60,606 nt of DNA, taken from assembly GCA_964374105.1 (NCBI GenBank), contig CAYJXI010000009.1, positions 1 through 60,606 on the forward strand, given 5' to 3'. Positions 27,001-42,000 of this stretch are shown in pieces; position 1 is the first letter of the stretch, and each line of letters opens with the position of its first letter. The notes under the pieces were generated by a model. That model had not been told where the DNA came from and searched no databases. It was given only the letters and a program-made list of their open reading frames with translations. This DNA comes from an uncultured Planctomycetales bacterium. GTDB taxonomy: Bacteria > Omnitrophota > Gorgyraeia > Zapsychrales > JANLHA01. Both the position numbers and the translations under genes were made by a program.

Positions 27001-30000
27001 TTGTTGATGAAGGCATCGGGCCATTGACCCATTTTGTTGAAAGTCTCGCTCTTGATTTTTATTCCTTCAATGGGACCGCCCCTTGGGCAGGCGGTAAAGT
27101 TGGTTTTGAAAACACCGCTCAATTTGTGGCCTTTGCGGATCAGCTAGGAGCCAGCACCGGCTACACCCACGAGGCACTTGACCAGATGCGGGCGGCCAGA
27201 AAACAAATTCAAAAACGAAATCAAGAAAACAGTTTAGCCGGTAACGGCCCCACTACCGAAGAAGATAGGAAGCTGGAAGAAGAGCAGGCCGAGGCAGAGT
27301 ATTTCTTAGCGGTGGACAATATCTTAAAATCCGGCCGGATCAGTTTTATTTTAAATCAGATAAACTCCAATTTGGCCTCAGGGTATGTCTATCAGGATGT
27401 GTATAAACAAGGCGGGTTATTCCCGACATTAACAAGAAGCTTTGAGGTTCTTGTCTCGAATTTTATCAATGATCCCACCATCCTCAATACTTTTGGTTTT
27501 GTCTATCGTCCGTGGCGAGGAGTAGAAACAGATACTAAGATTGTTGATCTTAAAGGGATTCGCGCTCCGGGAGATATTGGCAGTAGGTATAGCATCGCAA
27601 GTAAGACCACAGCTTTTTTCCCAGGGATTTTCGAAATGGCGGGTGTGGCGGACCGGGGCAGGGATTATTTCATTATCAATGATAATGGCACGGCGGTAGA
27701 GAATCCTAATCAAATCCGCTGGACACAAAAAGATGTTAAGGATCTTGGCATAGGAAACGGCAGGATTCTTACAAAAGATGGTGACTCCATTCCTTTGATG
27801 AGCCCTTATGCCGCTGATATCGTTGATGAAAATATTGCAAAGGTGGAAACGGGTTTCAAATTTTTTGATAGGTTGCCGTCCATCTATGACTTTCATGCCA
27901 ATGTGGGAAGAAAAGGGATCGGGTTTTTCAAAGTTTCTAGAGAAGGTGGAAAAGAAGGGGAATATCAAAATGAATGGCAAGTTTCTGGCAATGTTTATCA
28001 AAAAGACCAACAACCCGCCTTTCTTGTGGGCTTCTTAGCCGATTTCCTCCTAAAGGGAAAAGAAAAGGGGAATCTCACATTTGCACAGCCAGCCCTTTCC
28101 CCTGATGAAATGTATCTTTTTGCTCAATTTGCCTATGAAGACGGTTTTCTTGTTGAAGAAGGGGATGGACAGCTTATTATTTCAGATCCTGGGACACTGG
28201 ATAGTCTCATCGTCATGGATTTGGCAACGGGTAAAAGCGAAATAACAATCGACGCTAATTCTGATCTGGGTTTTGAGATTCGTAATTCAAAATTAGGATC
28301 TAAAATTAATGCTATTTCTCAAACACTTTTTCAAGGTAAGACCGATCTTCATAAACAAGATTTCCTCATGGCCTTTTTTGCGGAACACCTTCAGAAAGAA
28401 AAAGACGGCACCTTGAAATCAGAAGATGGTCAATGGGCCTTTGGGTCTATCAACTTGAGTCCTGAAGAAATTGATATCATTCGTACCGCAGCCCAGGCAG
28501 AAGGATACCAGATCGATGAAACAGAAAATAAACTTATTGTTTACGAAGATATCGACGATCTAAAAGAATATTTTATTGTGAATAAGACAACGGGGAAGAT
28601 GGAGTTAACGATTCCGTTGGAATCGCAATTAGGCCTTGCGATACGCAATGAAGCGATAGGAGAGATAGCGAAGGCAGTCACAACCGCTCAGGCCGGAAGT
28701 CCCACGCAGCCAGCGCAGGCGTTTCATATTGCGTTGTTATCAGATTTTGCAAGGAAGGAAGGGAGTAATCTAAAGAAAGACAGCAATGGGAATATACAGT
28801 TTGAGGCGATTGAGATAGACCGTGAGGAAATGGATGCGTTGGTGCAGAGTGCGATCGAGGAAGGGTATATTGTAGAGGAGCGAGACGGGCAAGTGACAAT
28901 CTCAGATCCAAACACCGCAGATATCATGTTGGCTTGGAATAAGACAACGGGAGGCAAGGTATTGCCTCTGATTGACAAAGGGTCGGTGTTGGGGCAGGCC
29001 ATTGAGGAATATGCGACCAATTCCAAAGGCCTTTATCGAACGCAATTTACCAAAGCCCATACAGATGTCATTGAAGGCTGGGATGGGCATGATGATTTTG
29101 TTCTCAAAGTTGTTTCGGAAAGGACGATAGGAAAAGATATTCCCTTAACTGAAAAAGACGGAAAGCTCATCCCAGCCGCTCCCCCCCGATATTTCATGAG
29201 TCAATATATTGGCAAAGATGCGCTTTTAAAAGATGAGGCACTCCAAAAAGCCTTCAAGGAATTAAGACAAGAAGCCTTAGGCAATGAGAAAATAGGTGAA
29301 TTTATTACCAAGATGGCCGAGGCTGTCTCCTTTGGTATGGATGTCCATCCTGCTGAACTTGCGCAGTTGTTGAAAGAAGTGGGTTTATTGACCCCAGAGG
29401 AGGCCGATAATGTTTTAGCGGCCATTGCTACAATTAGCAAATTACGCAAAGAACAACGCCGAGCGGATAGCATGGCTACGAATTTAACTGACCAAAAGAA
29501 AGACAATGTCGAAAAACTCATGGCGATCGCCAAGAAGGTCAAAGAAGGAACGCTGAATCCTCCTGAAGAGATGGAATTCCTGGGTCAAGCCTTTGGCACA
29601 ACCTCTTCTACGCTCCCTTCAATCATGAATGATGTTACAACGGAAAATGTTACCCCTAAAGAACTCGCCAATCAATTGACTGCCATGGGGTCAACCCTAC
29701 CGCCGGCGATGCAGCGGATCTTTCAGGCGATTGATGAGATGAAGAATAAAAAAGAAATAAGAAGGCAAGAACAAGCTGAACAGGCGATAGCCCAGCGAAG
29801 CGAAGAAGTAGCTGGCTTTTTGGCAGGGTTTGTCGGCCTTGCCAAGGATCCTGCAAATTTGAATATGGATCAATTGGAGGCTTTGCTAGGCGTTATGACC
29901 AGCCGTGATTACGATCTTCAATTGGTTATGGCGACCCTTAACCAAAAGCTAGGGATTGCGCAAGCATTGCCAACCACAACTTTGGCTTCTGCATCGATAA

Positions 30001-33000
30001 GCTCCTCTGGTCTTTCCATTGATCAGGGTTGGCAGATCGCGGGGATGGGTGATTTGGGGCTTCCTCAAAGTAAAGATATCCCTCATTTCGAAAAGAAGGT
30101 TATTGATACTGCCGTCACTCACCGCGAAACCAAAAAAGATTTCGAGGAAGGCTTAAAATTTTTATCAGGCAAAGATGTCACCACCTCCATTAGTGCCTAC
30201 GCCTTCACCGATAAAAATATTGATGAATTAGAGAAAGACGAGAGAGGTGGCTATATTCTAGACAATAAGGCTTTGGCCTTTGTTTATCAAGGTTTTGGGC
30301 AGATCATCAAGGGCGAAAAGAATCTCTCCACCAACTTTGCCTTTGGCGCATCAGCTGAGAAACCGATTCGTTTGGATGAAAACAAAAATCTTATCGATGA
30401 GGGAAGCGGAGTTATGATCCGATCGATTGGAAAAGGCGATAAAATTGATTTCTTGAGTTTATATTTAGGAAAGTTTGCAGAGGGGATCAATAATTTAGAA
30501 CCGGTCAGTGACAAGACTTCAGCAGTGGAGTCAGTCTTAGTCAAGGCCCAAGCCGCTGGCCAAGCGGAAACCAAAGCCCAAAAGGCTACAGCCTTCCACA
30601 TTGCGATGTTATCAGATTTTGCCAAGAGGGAAGGGAATAATTTACAGAGAGATAGTAATGGGAATATACAGTTTGAGGAGTTTGAGATAGGCAGTAATGA
30701 GATGGATGCCCTGGCGCAGAGTGCGATTGATGAAGGGTATATTGTAGAGGAGCGAGACGGCCGGGTGACAATCTCAGATCCAAACACCGTAGATATCATG
30801 TTGGCGTTAGACAAGACAACGGGGAAGATGGAGTTAACGATTCCGTTAGATTCGCAGTTAGGAAATGCGATACGCAAAGAGGCCGTAGGAGAGGTAGCGA
30901 AGGCGATAACCACTGCTCAAGCCGGAAGTCCCGCGCAGCCGGCCAAGGCGTTTCATATTGCGTTATTATCAGATTTTGCGAAGAGGGAAGGGAATAATCT
31001 AAAGAAAGACAGTAATGAGAATGTGAAGTTCGAGGAATTTGAGTTAGGGAATGAGGAGATGGATGCCCTGGCGCAGAGTGCGATTGATGAAGGGTATATC
31101 GTTGAAGAGAAAAACGGGCAATTGATTATTTCAGACAGGACGACCATGGATATCATGGTGGCATTGAATAAGACAACGGGAAAGATTGAATTAACGATTC
31201 CGTTAGATTCGCAATTAGGTCTTGCGATACGCAATGAAGCGATAGGAGAAACGGCGAAAACAGAACCCGCGGTGAAGTCAGAACCAGCCTTAGCCAAAGC
31301 AGAGGTTAAGGAAAAGAAAATAAAGGCCGAAGAGATAAGTCAGGCCTTGGATGCCTTTGGGATTATCTCTCCTCATGTGAGGGCCGTTGTAGCTGCGAAA
31401 TTAGCTGAGGAAGAAGCATCCGTGCCTGTGGTTGCGGCTTTAGCCAAGCTTGAGGCCAAGGAGAAGAAGCCGGTTATTTCTTCAAGGTCGCAGCCAAAAC
31501 CGCCGGAAGTTCCAGAGGGAAGAGATTATGTGGCCAAAATCTTTTATACTTCCGAAGAAGACAGCCAGGTGCCGGGGCAAAAAAATATCACCGCCGGCCG
31601 CATGTATTCATTTTTTAGGAACAAAGATATAAAGAAAGAAACCCATGCCTTGGTGATGGAGGGAACAAGCGGTCTTGATAAAGACGGGAATTTGACCTTT
31701 AGTGCCCGTGTGAATGGAGAGTACATCAATTTCCCGCCTCCCGGGCAAAATGGTGAAAAAGGCGGGGAGGGCAAAAAAGAAGGCTCGGTCACCCAAAGAG
31801 AAGTTTTAGCCAAGGGGGTTGAGTTTTTAAACTCGCCTTTAGGCTGGTATGCCTTTGTGCAGGATGAAGAGAAGGGAACTTTTGAGATTCATCCTGGGAA
31901 AATCTGGATTGATGATTTTATTGCCAGGCTCAATCAAGGGGTCTTTGTTTATGGCGATAAGTGGGGTTATCATCCGCTCACGGAAAATGCCGAGATTCGG
32001 AACACGATTGTCAAAGCCAATGAAGGCGGCAGAATCGAATTCTTCTTACGCGGCAAACGCGGGGAGATCAAGTACAAAGGCCATGTCTATACGATAGATA
32101 AGATGGAAGTGGAGGGTGTCAAAGGCGAAAAGGCGGTCCTTTTGGCCTTGCAGAATGCCGACCTACAATACATAGAAAAAACCCTCTTAGATTCAAAAGT
32201 TGATCCTGGGCAAGCCAGTACTATTACTTGGGAGATACAGGAAGCCCGTCAGAAAAATCCCGGGGCGTTTACGAGTTTAAATGATTTAAAGGCGGCCTTA
32301 GAGGCCTCAGGGAGCTGTTCAGCTGCCGAGGCGGTCTGCTCGGCATCAGGAGCCGTAGCCGGCCAATTCGAACAGCTTGTTTCCGCCATCGAACAAAAGG
32401 TGAGTGTGGAAGGGTATTTGGAAGGCGCGGTCAGATTTGCTAATCCCATAGAAGAGATCGGCCATATCGACGATCTCTTTGCCACAAAGATCCAAAGCCC
32501 CCAATGGGAAAAGCTCTGGGGCGATGCTGATTTCACTAAACAGCCGATCATGACTCAGACATTTTATAATCAAGAGGGAGCACCGATCGGGGAAAGAACC
32601 ATTGCCTACAAAGTGGATTTAAAAGATGATTTGACTATAGAAGGACTTAAGAATGGAGTGGTCTACACTGGCAATGAAGAAGCAGGCAGTAAGTTAATCT
32701 TAAATGAGCGAGGACTGCTTGAAGCCATCTTCACAAATCCGATTACAAAAGAAGATGATGTTCGTCAGATTAAATTAGCCCAGGGAATAAACGCCTTTTC
32801 TTTGAGTTTGGATAGTCCGACGGTCTCCATCCTTTTTGCCGCACCCAGTTTGGGACAGACAACCGAGACAGCAAAAACACCTAAGCAAGAGGGATCAGGC
32901 CAGCCGCCAGAATATTACGACAATGTCTTAAGCCTTGCTTGGACAAAACCGGTTGGAACAACCACCTCTTATGCCAGAACTGATGAGAAAGGAAATCTCC

Positions 33001-36000
33001 TTAAAGGCGAGAAACCGATGAATGTTTATGAAGGCGATATTGCCGGCGGAAGTGTGACAAAAGATTTTTATGCAAGAGACAGCAATGGGAATGTCAGATA
33101 TGAAAATGGGAAACCGGTGATCGCAACCGTTGAAGGTCAGGGTGATCGGCGGCTTACTTTCTATGCCGATCCATTTCAGTTTGGGTTTGGGAGCGAAAAG
33201 TACCCGGCCCGCATGTCGCAGTCCATGAAGACCTTCTTTATTGAAAATGAACAAGCCAGTATCAATTACGGGCCGGGAGCGGCCGTAGAAAAAGATGCGG
33301 AAGGGAAATTCAAGGCAGAACATATCGAAGAGATCAAAAACGACGGCCGGCTGCTGCATGTGAATACCTTGATTACCAAAGGATCACCCATTTTTGGTTT
33401 TGATAAAGAGCGAGATCCAGGGTTTTATACGCCTCTCTCAGAATTTACGACTTATCTAGGTAATGGAATCTTGACAATTGTTGATGGCAACATTTCGATT
33501 TTGAACGGTTCCGAGACCATGATTGTGATGGGAAGCGGAGCCGAGTTTGAATCGGCGGCTTATGAAAGATTCAATTTGCACAGCGGTTTCGAGCCACAAG
33601 TCTTAGCCATGGCCGAGAAAGAAGAAGATCCTATTAAATTGACCCAGACCCGCGTCGGCTATCACATGGACGGCAAACAGAAATATTCGACGATTATTAA
33701 AAGTGAGTACGATGAAGAGATCACTAAACGGGATGCGGAATTGGTGATTGCCGCCACCGGCGGCCTTATTGAGGAGAAATCAGATAATTATACTAAACCC
33801 AACATCGGGGAAAAAGACAAAGACCGGGCGGATGTGGAGGTGAAATTAAGCATTAAATCCGATGGAGATACGCCACAAGATATTGCCAAGATTTTAGCGG
33901 ATGTCGGCGGCAAGGTTACGCCTTATTGGGATAAAAATGGCGATATCGCCAGCAGTTTTATTAAAGTGGAATTTGGGTCAGCCGTTGATGAACGCAATAT
34001 GTTTACAGTAAAAATGAATATCAATCAAGTCGCTCGGATTATGGATTTGATTGAAAAGAATCCAGAAACTGCTAAAGATCCACGAAAACTTAAGGCCGCC
34101 TTTGAATCGGTTGGAATTCCAGTTGCCGAAACAAAGGCTAATAAAGAAGAACTTGAAAGGCTTGGCAATAAATTAGCCAGTAGTAAAGGAGATTCCAAAA
34201 GAGGCGAACAAGCAATTGAGGAAAGCCAGAAAGGTATTCAAGCCCGTCAACCCAACACTCCGCCTGTTGGGGAAAGTGCCGTTATTACCTTCCTTAAAAA
34301 GTTAGGGTTTATTTACACGGCAACCGATTTCCGTCAGTTGGGCTCTCGTGATCAATCAAGTAAGAAAGCTGAAGATACCCAGGCACCAGAGACTGCACCA
34401 CCTTCAACCACTTCTCAAAATTCTCAATTGACACTGGCAGCAGTTTTAAGAGCTGCTGTGGAGTACTTTGGTCAAAGGGTTCAGGAACAAGAATTTGCAC
34501 GAGGGGTGGGAGAAAGGATGGTATTAGAGGATCCCCCCGTGCAAGAAATATTTAATTTAGGGCGAGAAAGATCGCCTTTACAACAGTTGGAGGATTTGGC
34601 TTCTCCAAGACGCCACTTAGGTCTTTTTGACAGTGCTCAAGCACACGGCAGGATAACCCTTGAATTTCTCAGCGACGAAGAGTTAGCTAAAAATGAGGCC
34701 GGCCTTCGGCCTAACACCGGATTAGGCTTATGGGATTCTGGCCCTATGATCGAGAGGGGACAGGATCTTTTTGGCAGACAAAATAGGTCTGGGTTTATCA
34801 ATTCTTTTCTGGTTTTAGAATCTCAGGATGAGGGTGAGCTGGTACCAGTTGCTTTGACAGGGGATCAGGCCATTATTGGCGCCAGGGAAGCGGCAAAACA
34901 GGGCGGCCTTAACGGGTTCTTTGTTGGCCAAAGACCTGATGGCACCCTGGCCTTAAGAGTCATAGGACAGCCTGCAGGTATATTGCCTGAAAAGGAATCC
35001 GCAGAAGGAAGTGACCTAGCGCGGGCTTTCGCTGTGCCTGAGAGCACCTTTTTGCAGATCGATCTAAATGCCCTTCTAAAAGATGAAGGGCAACTGAAAT
35101 TAGCTGGCACTTCTTCTTCGCCAACCTTTAGTCGGGAGGGAAATATCCTTGGGGTTGAAAAGATAGGAGAACCGCCGCCTCCGGAACCGACTGCCGTTCA
35201 ACTCGCCATGAAAGATGCCCCTGAGCCCAGCCTTGTTTTTGCCTTAGGCCAGTTTAATCCAGTGACTGAACAGATGGAATTCACGGGCCGTGTTTCTCAT
35301 GCCCCGGGCGGACCTAACAGTTACTATGGGTTAGCTGCCGATAACCAGAGTCTGGTTACTTCAGTTCCCACCCAATTATCTTTCCAGGATGAAAAATTTA
35401 CCCTTGATCTTGTCGGCGGGCTTTACCGCACCGATGGAGAGGGTGCAGAAAATAGGTTTGTGGGGATCAAGATTGACGAGCAGGGACGCAAGATCGCTAT
35501 TAATAATCAGTTTATGATAGTTGATACAGGAAAAAATGATGATTTAGGCATTACTTATGATCCTTCTTACAAAGGATTAGTTGAGCTGGCCGCCAACCGT
35601 GCGATGTTTGATACCCGGCAGAGCTTAACTGCAGAAGAGATGGCAAATGTTTTAAAGACTGAGGCGAAGAAAGGGAAGGCTCTACCAGTAGAGTCTTTTC
35701 ACGAATTTTTTAAGAGATTAGTTCAGTCCCAAGCTTATCACATTTGGAATGAGTTGAAGAAAAATCCTGAAGCTAAACGGCGGATGGATACTAATCAATG
35801 GGGTGTAATTTGGGAAGAAATTCGAAGTAATGAAATGTATGGTAGGGGGCTTTATGGTATAGATATTGAAAAAAGTAAGGAATTAGCTGACCCCCTTGCA
35901 GGTCCAAAAGACAAAGGCGGGTATGATTTACAAGGCAATCAAGAGTTGCTTGATTTAGTTAATAAGGCAGCTATGCATATCGTGGAAAGGGAAGCGTTGG

Positions 36001-39000
36001 CTCAAAAGCATTATAGAGATGGTTCAACGATACGAGGGGGTTACAAAAATGAATATGGCGCCCCCAAGCCAGAATTTGATCCAAGCTACTATCCATTGGG
36101 AAGAGATGAATCTGTGGCTATGGGTACCTCTCTGCCTGATGAAAAGCGTTCATATATTGATAAATCGCTCAAATTAGAAAATGCACAAGAGTTGGCAACG
36201 CATTTCGGTGAGGAAAAGGCCAAAGAACGGATGCTGGCTCATCCAGAGTTAGCGAATTTGTCACCGGCAGAGAAAGAAGAGCTAAAGAAACTCAGTGCCG
36301 CCCAGATTGCGCTTAAATTTCCAAAGATTTGGGAAGGAGAAGGTGTTCCTCAGATGGTGTTAGTTGATGAACAAGGGTTGCCAATCCGCGCTTCGATGAA
36401 AGACGGCGTTGTTGAGCGCGACCATTATGGGAATATTAGGCAAGATCAGGACGGCGCAGTTGTGTTAGTGACTAAGACCATTAAGGAATCAGGAGAAGTT
36501 GGATATACGACCAACGATGGGAAAGCGGTTGACCTCAAGATGGTTAAGGAACTCATGTTTTATCATCCTGAGGTTGTATTAAATGGCGCACGAACAATTG
36601 AGGTCTATCAGGATATGGCCTTCCGCGGGAAGATGATTTTGCCGGATGATGATCATGACGGGGTGGCCTACTGGGGCCCCTTGAGTATGACCTTCGCATC
36701 TAAGAAAGATGATCCCGGCCTGGCAGATGCTGAGGTTTTGCCAACACGTTTTATTTTAGTTGATCAAAAGGGCGCGCCCATTCGAAAAGATGGAAGGTAT
36801 GTGGATCTGGTTAAAACCGCTAAGCCGTCAGAAGAGGTGATTTTCAAAGATCAAGAAGGTGATGAGATTAATCCAAGCTTTGTTAAAGAGTTGCCTAGCA
36901 GAATCTTTTCTCAACTTTTATACGGCCGACCTGTCGGGAGCGAAGAGGAAGATCAATGGAATTATAAGGCTACGATCGGCAAGCAGATTGGGATTAACCT
37001 CGAGACCGGGCGCTGGTATATCAGTCTCGTTGATGGGCAAATCGCCTTGCCAGCGGATTATCAAACCCACAATAAGATTTTGAATATCAATTCTGACCAT
37101 CCGGTGTTTTTAGCCAGCGCCATCGGAATTTTTAGAAAAGAACCGAAAGCCGGGCCCATACCGGCAGATTATTTATCTAAGCAAGAAGAAGAAAAAGAAA
37201 AGGAAAAAACGAAGAAAGAGAAGATAACTGAGGTGTCTCAAACCACCAGAATTGAGGACGTTTACTCTGATGGAAGTGTTCTAGCTAGATTAGGTAAAGA
37301 TAAAGCGATTAAAGAGGGGATATCGAGTCTTATTTTAGAATCAGCGGGATGGGGGAAGTATGCCTCGACTCTCGGTGATTCATGGACAACAATTGTTGCC
37401 CAACCTGGAGTTTCTCAAAAATCTCGTCGATATCTGATCGAAGAAGCCGGCGGCGGGGATGGGCAGGAATACGAATTTAAGACCACCAATAATTCCTTCA
37501 TCATTATGCCGACCCTGCCGGTTTTAGTGAGATTTATTAATCGTCTAAGACAAGGAGAGGTCCCCGGATATGATGTGGAAACAGAAACGGGACGAACGGG
37601 CGTGGCATTTAAAGAAGCCTTCGAGAAAGGAACCCCGGTGAGTGGATTCAAAGATAAGAGGAATCGCAGTGGGATTGTCCTAAAAGCCACTACCAAAAAT
37701 GGCGTAGAATACCGGCTCGTTGATCCAGATATTCTTCTTGGTGCGGGCGAGAAATGGATACCATCTTTCCGTTATAAAAGCGGAGTGAGGCGGATGGTGT
37801 ATACCAAGGCTTCGGTTTGGGAAGAGAGACCCGTTGATCAATCCTTGACCAAAGATAGTCAAGAGGTATGGAACTCCGATGACGTCATTATTGAAGTTGT
37901 AGGGAAGGATAGGACAAGTGAATTTAAATGGATAGACGATGATGACGTTCGAGTTAGGGTTGTCACAGCCACAGGGTTACCAGGAACAATGCTTGTCGAT
38001 TATTTTGAATCCACGGCGGACGATCTCAAAGGCTCAGTAGATGACAAAACCGTTAGTCTAGTTGAAGAAAGAATGGATGAAAACGGGAATATTAAAATGG
38101 TTGTGATTGGTAGAAAAATACGGGACGTGGATGATATTCAATTGGTCCCGGGGGTCGTAGAGCTTTATGGCGGCAAGGATCAGAATGGGAAAGATCTTGT
38201 TAAGATTGCCAGAGGTGTTGACCTTGCCCAGGTGATTGAGGGTGCGGCAGGGACTGTCGAACAATGGAAAAATCCTGAAAACATTTCTCAGTTCTGGAAA
38301 TTTTGGGAAGCGGATGGTTTTGGCGGAGGTGATATTGTAGTTCGTGTCCCTCGGCTTAATCCTTACAAATTGGACGGATCTTATGTCAAGAAGAGAAATG
38401 AAAAAGGGGAAGAAACCGATGATATTTTTTATGACTACTATCGGATTGATTTCAGCCACGTGAGAAATAAGATCGATGGGGAAGGGGCTAAGATTGTTTC
38501 TTTAGAAAACTTCCATGAAGGAAGAGGCCCTATTGCCAGCGAATCAACTTATTCTGGATTTTTTGACAGTTTTGATGGCGATCGAAACGAAGATAACGTG
38601 GTTGTTTCCCGTTTCAAGGAAGGCGAACTTTTGATGAGGCTGATCGATTACGAAACAACCCACGGCTTAGGCCATCTTGTAACCGATGAAATCAAAGACC
38701 CAGAGACTGGACGGGTGCTGGTGGCGCGGGGTGTTTTAAACAAAGATTTTGGCCTTAAAGACGCGGTCTTGATGGGGGAAAAGTTAGATCTAACTTCAAC
38801 AATCATTGGGTCGGTGGATGCTGTATTGGCTCCAGTGACCGTAGTTCTGGCTGTGACTGGCGTTGGGAATGCAATTAACGTTGGCATTAATGCCGGTAAA
38901 ACACTTTTGGTTGAAGGCGGCAAGGTCGCCCTCCGTCAAGCTGTTATGGCAGGGGTAAGAGCAGGCGCAAGCAGTTTGTTTGCGTTTGCCCGTAGTACCT

Positions 39001-42000
39001 ATCTTAGTAATCAAGCCTTGGCGATTTTTGCGGCTACAGAGACGTTCAATTATATGCAAACTGGAGAGATTGATCCGGCCATGACGGTGCGAAATTTCCT
39101 TTTAACTGGGGCTTTATCCGGCGCCTCACGGCTATCCTCATTTCTACCCAAGACAGCAGGAACCCAAGTTGCCGGCAAGACCTTGAACGTCTTTGGGGCA
39201 AAAATCCCTGTGCCTTCTTTAGGAAGTTTAGCTTTTAATAAGGCAGTGAGTATTGGCCTGCCGAACGCTGTATCGGTAGCCTCCGGGAATGGATTTTTAT
39301 CGCCAGAAACGAATCTGGCTTTAGTCATCGTCAGTTTTGCCGGCGGGATTGGAGGTAATTTTGCATCAGCGGCAAGAGCTGTCGGGCCAGGTTTAACAAG
39401 GGTCGGGTATATGACCTTATCCGAGGCCTTGTTATTTGGTCAAGTGTCTGCTGTCACAGGAACAACACTGCGGGCCTTCCAAAGACAGGATTCAGCCATG
39501 GATACCTTTTCAGACTTTGGAAAAGGATTTGCCTTAGGAGCGGTTGCCGGCGGTGCCATGGGGATTGGAGGAGGCATAGTTTCCGAGAGCGCTATCTATT
39601 CTAAGATGAAGGCCTATTTTGATAAGCATACAACTCAAGGTTTATTGGCAAGTTTAACTGCAAGAGGATTAGGAGGCGGCGTGGGCCTGCCGATATTAGA
39701 TGCCACATTAAAAACCTTTGAGGCCAGTCCAGTTCCTAACAAGGAAAAATCTTTTCCAGAGCAGATGAAAGATAGTTTCAGTACCGAGAATATTATTACG
39801 GGGATATTTCTTGGCCTCGCCAGCCGTGGCCTATCGGCTCAACGACTGCAAAAGGCATCAACGGCTACTAAGTTAGCTTATGGGGCAGGGGCAGGAGCTG
39901 CCGCCAATGTCTTGCACGGGTTTATTCGAGAATATAAAGATGCCAAGCAAAAACAAAAAGATATTGATTATTCTGGCGAGCAGATTTTCTTAGATGCCAT
40001 AAGTGGAGCGGCCTTAGGGATGCTGACGGTTTCGTATTTGGCTAGCCCTAAGAATTTTATCGGGAAAGGTAAAACAGCAGAACATAGTCTGAAAAATTTT
40101 TATGAAAACCCAGAAGCGCTGTTTATGTCATCTGCTCAAGGCGCAGCAAAATGGGTATGGGTATCCCCGGCCTTTGAGTTAGGAGGGGCCATTTTTAAAG
40201 GACAGGCGGTGCGTGTATCCAAAGCCGTTTTTGGAGAAGAGTCCATGTATGCTGGAGAGGATGTCCCTTGGTTGGCAGTTGACAAGGTGGATCCAGAAAC
40301 CGGGGAAGTGGTTAAAGGAAAACTGGATTCGTTAATGGAAAATGAATTGGGGATATCTGATCTTTCAAGACTTATGGAAGGGGCCATTCAAGGGCCCCAA
40401 TCCGGCCTTTGGATGGCGCCGTTGTTTGGAGTTATTCAAGCACAGGGTCTTAACGAAGGTGCAGCAAAGACGTTTTCTCAGAGAGTGCTTGCCAGTCTGC
40501 AGATGCCGAGGTGGCTTGAGAAGGTAGCGGAATCTCGATTTGGAAAGACGGTATTAGTTAAATTAGAAACTGTTAAACCGAAATCAGAAGCGGCAAAGCC
40601 GGCGGAAGCAGGGAAACCAGCCGAGGCAGGAAAACCCGCTGAGGCAGGATCGGGAAGCAGTGGTGAAGTTGCCAAAGCTGGCACAGAAGGAAAGGCCCCG
40701 ACCGGGCCTGGGCCAAATGACATTACGGTTGGGAGAGTATTAGCCAATACTTATCGTGATGTCTTTTATATGCCCACGGTTATCACCCTCATTCATGAAG
40801 GTATGCAATTTGCTAATGAGGTTAGCGATAAGATTGTAGGAAGAAAAGCAAAGAAGAATAAAGAGGGATCTGATCAATCTAAAGAGGAAGAAGAGTCCGA
40901 TGGATCATTGTTCACCCTCTCCCAGTCCTCCTATTTAGGCTGGTTAGGATTTTTATCCTTGCCGTCGTATCATCGGGGAGGAGTAGGAGCCGAAGACGGG
41001 GATGTGACCCGCATCCCGCCTCGTCCACCAACATTTGGCAAAGAAGGAGAAGGAGAAACGGGGGCCTCCCCAATGGAAACCAAAGCCAATAGGGTAGAAT
41101 CCCTCGTTGATCGCGCTTTGGGGCAGACGGAAAATTATCGAAATCAATACAATCAAGCTACCGCCGAGGCAGAAGCCTTAGAAACCAGGGCAAATGATTT
41201 GGAAATCAAATTAAAAAGTCTTCTTGCCAAGAGAAACGCTCAGGACCAAGGCCAGCCGCCCGCTGAAGTTGCCGGTGAAGAAACAGACGTGCTGGCGCGT
41301 TTAGAAAGACATAAACCAGACGATAATGGTTCTTCCGTTCCTCGACAAGCCCGGGGAGAGGAAGAGTTAGCGAGTCTTCCTGGATCAAATAACGGAAATG
41401 GGGCTGGATTAGAAAAAGAGGGGGTTTTCCTTGACCCTAATTTAGATGGAGGGCTTGCCAATCGTGTACCTACTTTACCTATTGAGGGAACACAAGGTTC
41501 GGGATCAGGAAATAAACTTCAACAGGAAATCGATGGGTTAAGGCAGCAAGCGGCTGCTAAACGTAAAGAGGCTGACGCTACCCTTCAATCTGTCGAGCAT
41601 CATGCAACAAGGGCAAAGAATTTAGCTGAGCAAGAATTAGGTTTAAGGGAGACAATCGCCTTAGGGACCGGGGATGGAATGAAGAGTGCAACACAAGGAT
41701 TGCCAGAAGCGAAAAAGGAATCGCAAGCAGGTTCTGATTCTTCTGGCAGTGAAGCAGAGCTGGCCTCAAGCAAAGGATCTTCGAAAGTCGGTCCTGCAAG
41801 AGAAGGCCAGGTGGACAAGGCCGTCGTAAGTAGACCAAAAGAAGAAGGGGTTTCTTCTCCCAAAGCACAGGAGAAATTAACTGCTGAATCAGGGGAGACT
41901 GCCAAGACTAGAGATATTTCTTCGGAGCCAGCAAAACCGCGTGATGGCCCGGCAGTTCAGGGAACGCCTCAAAGAACTACCCCGAAGACCGCCCGCGAAA

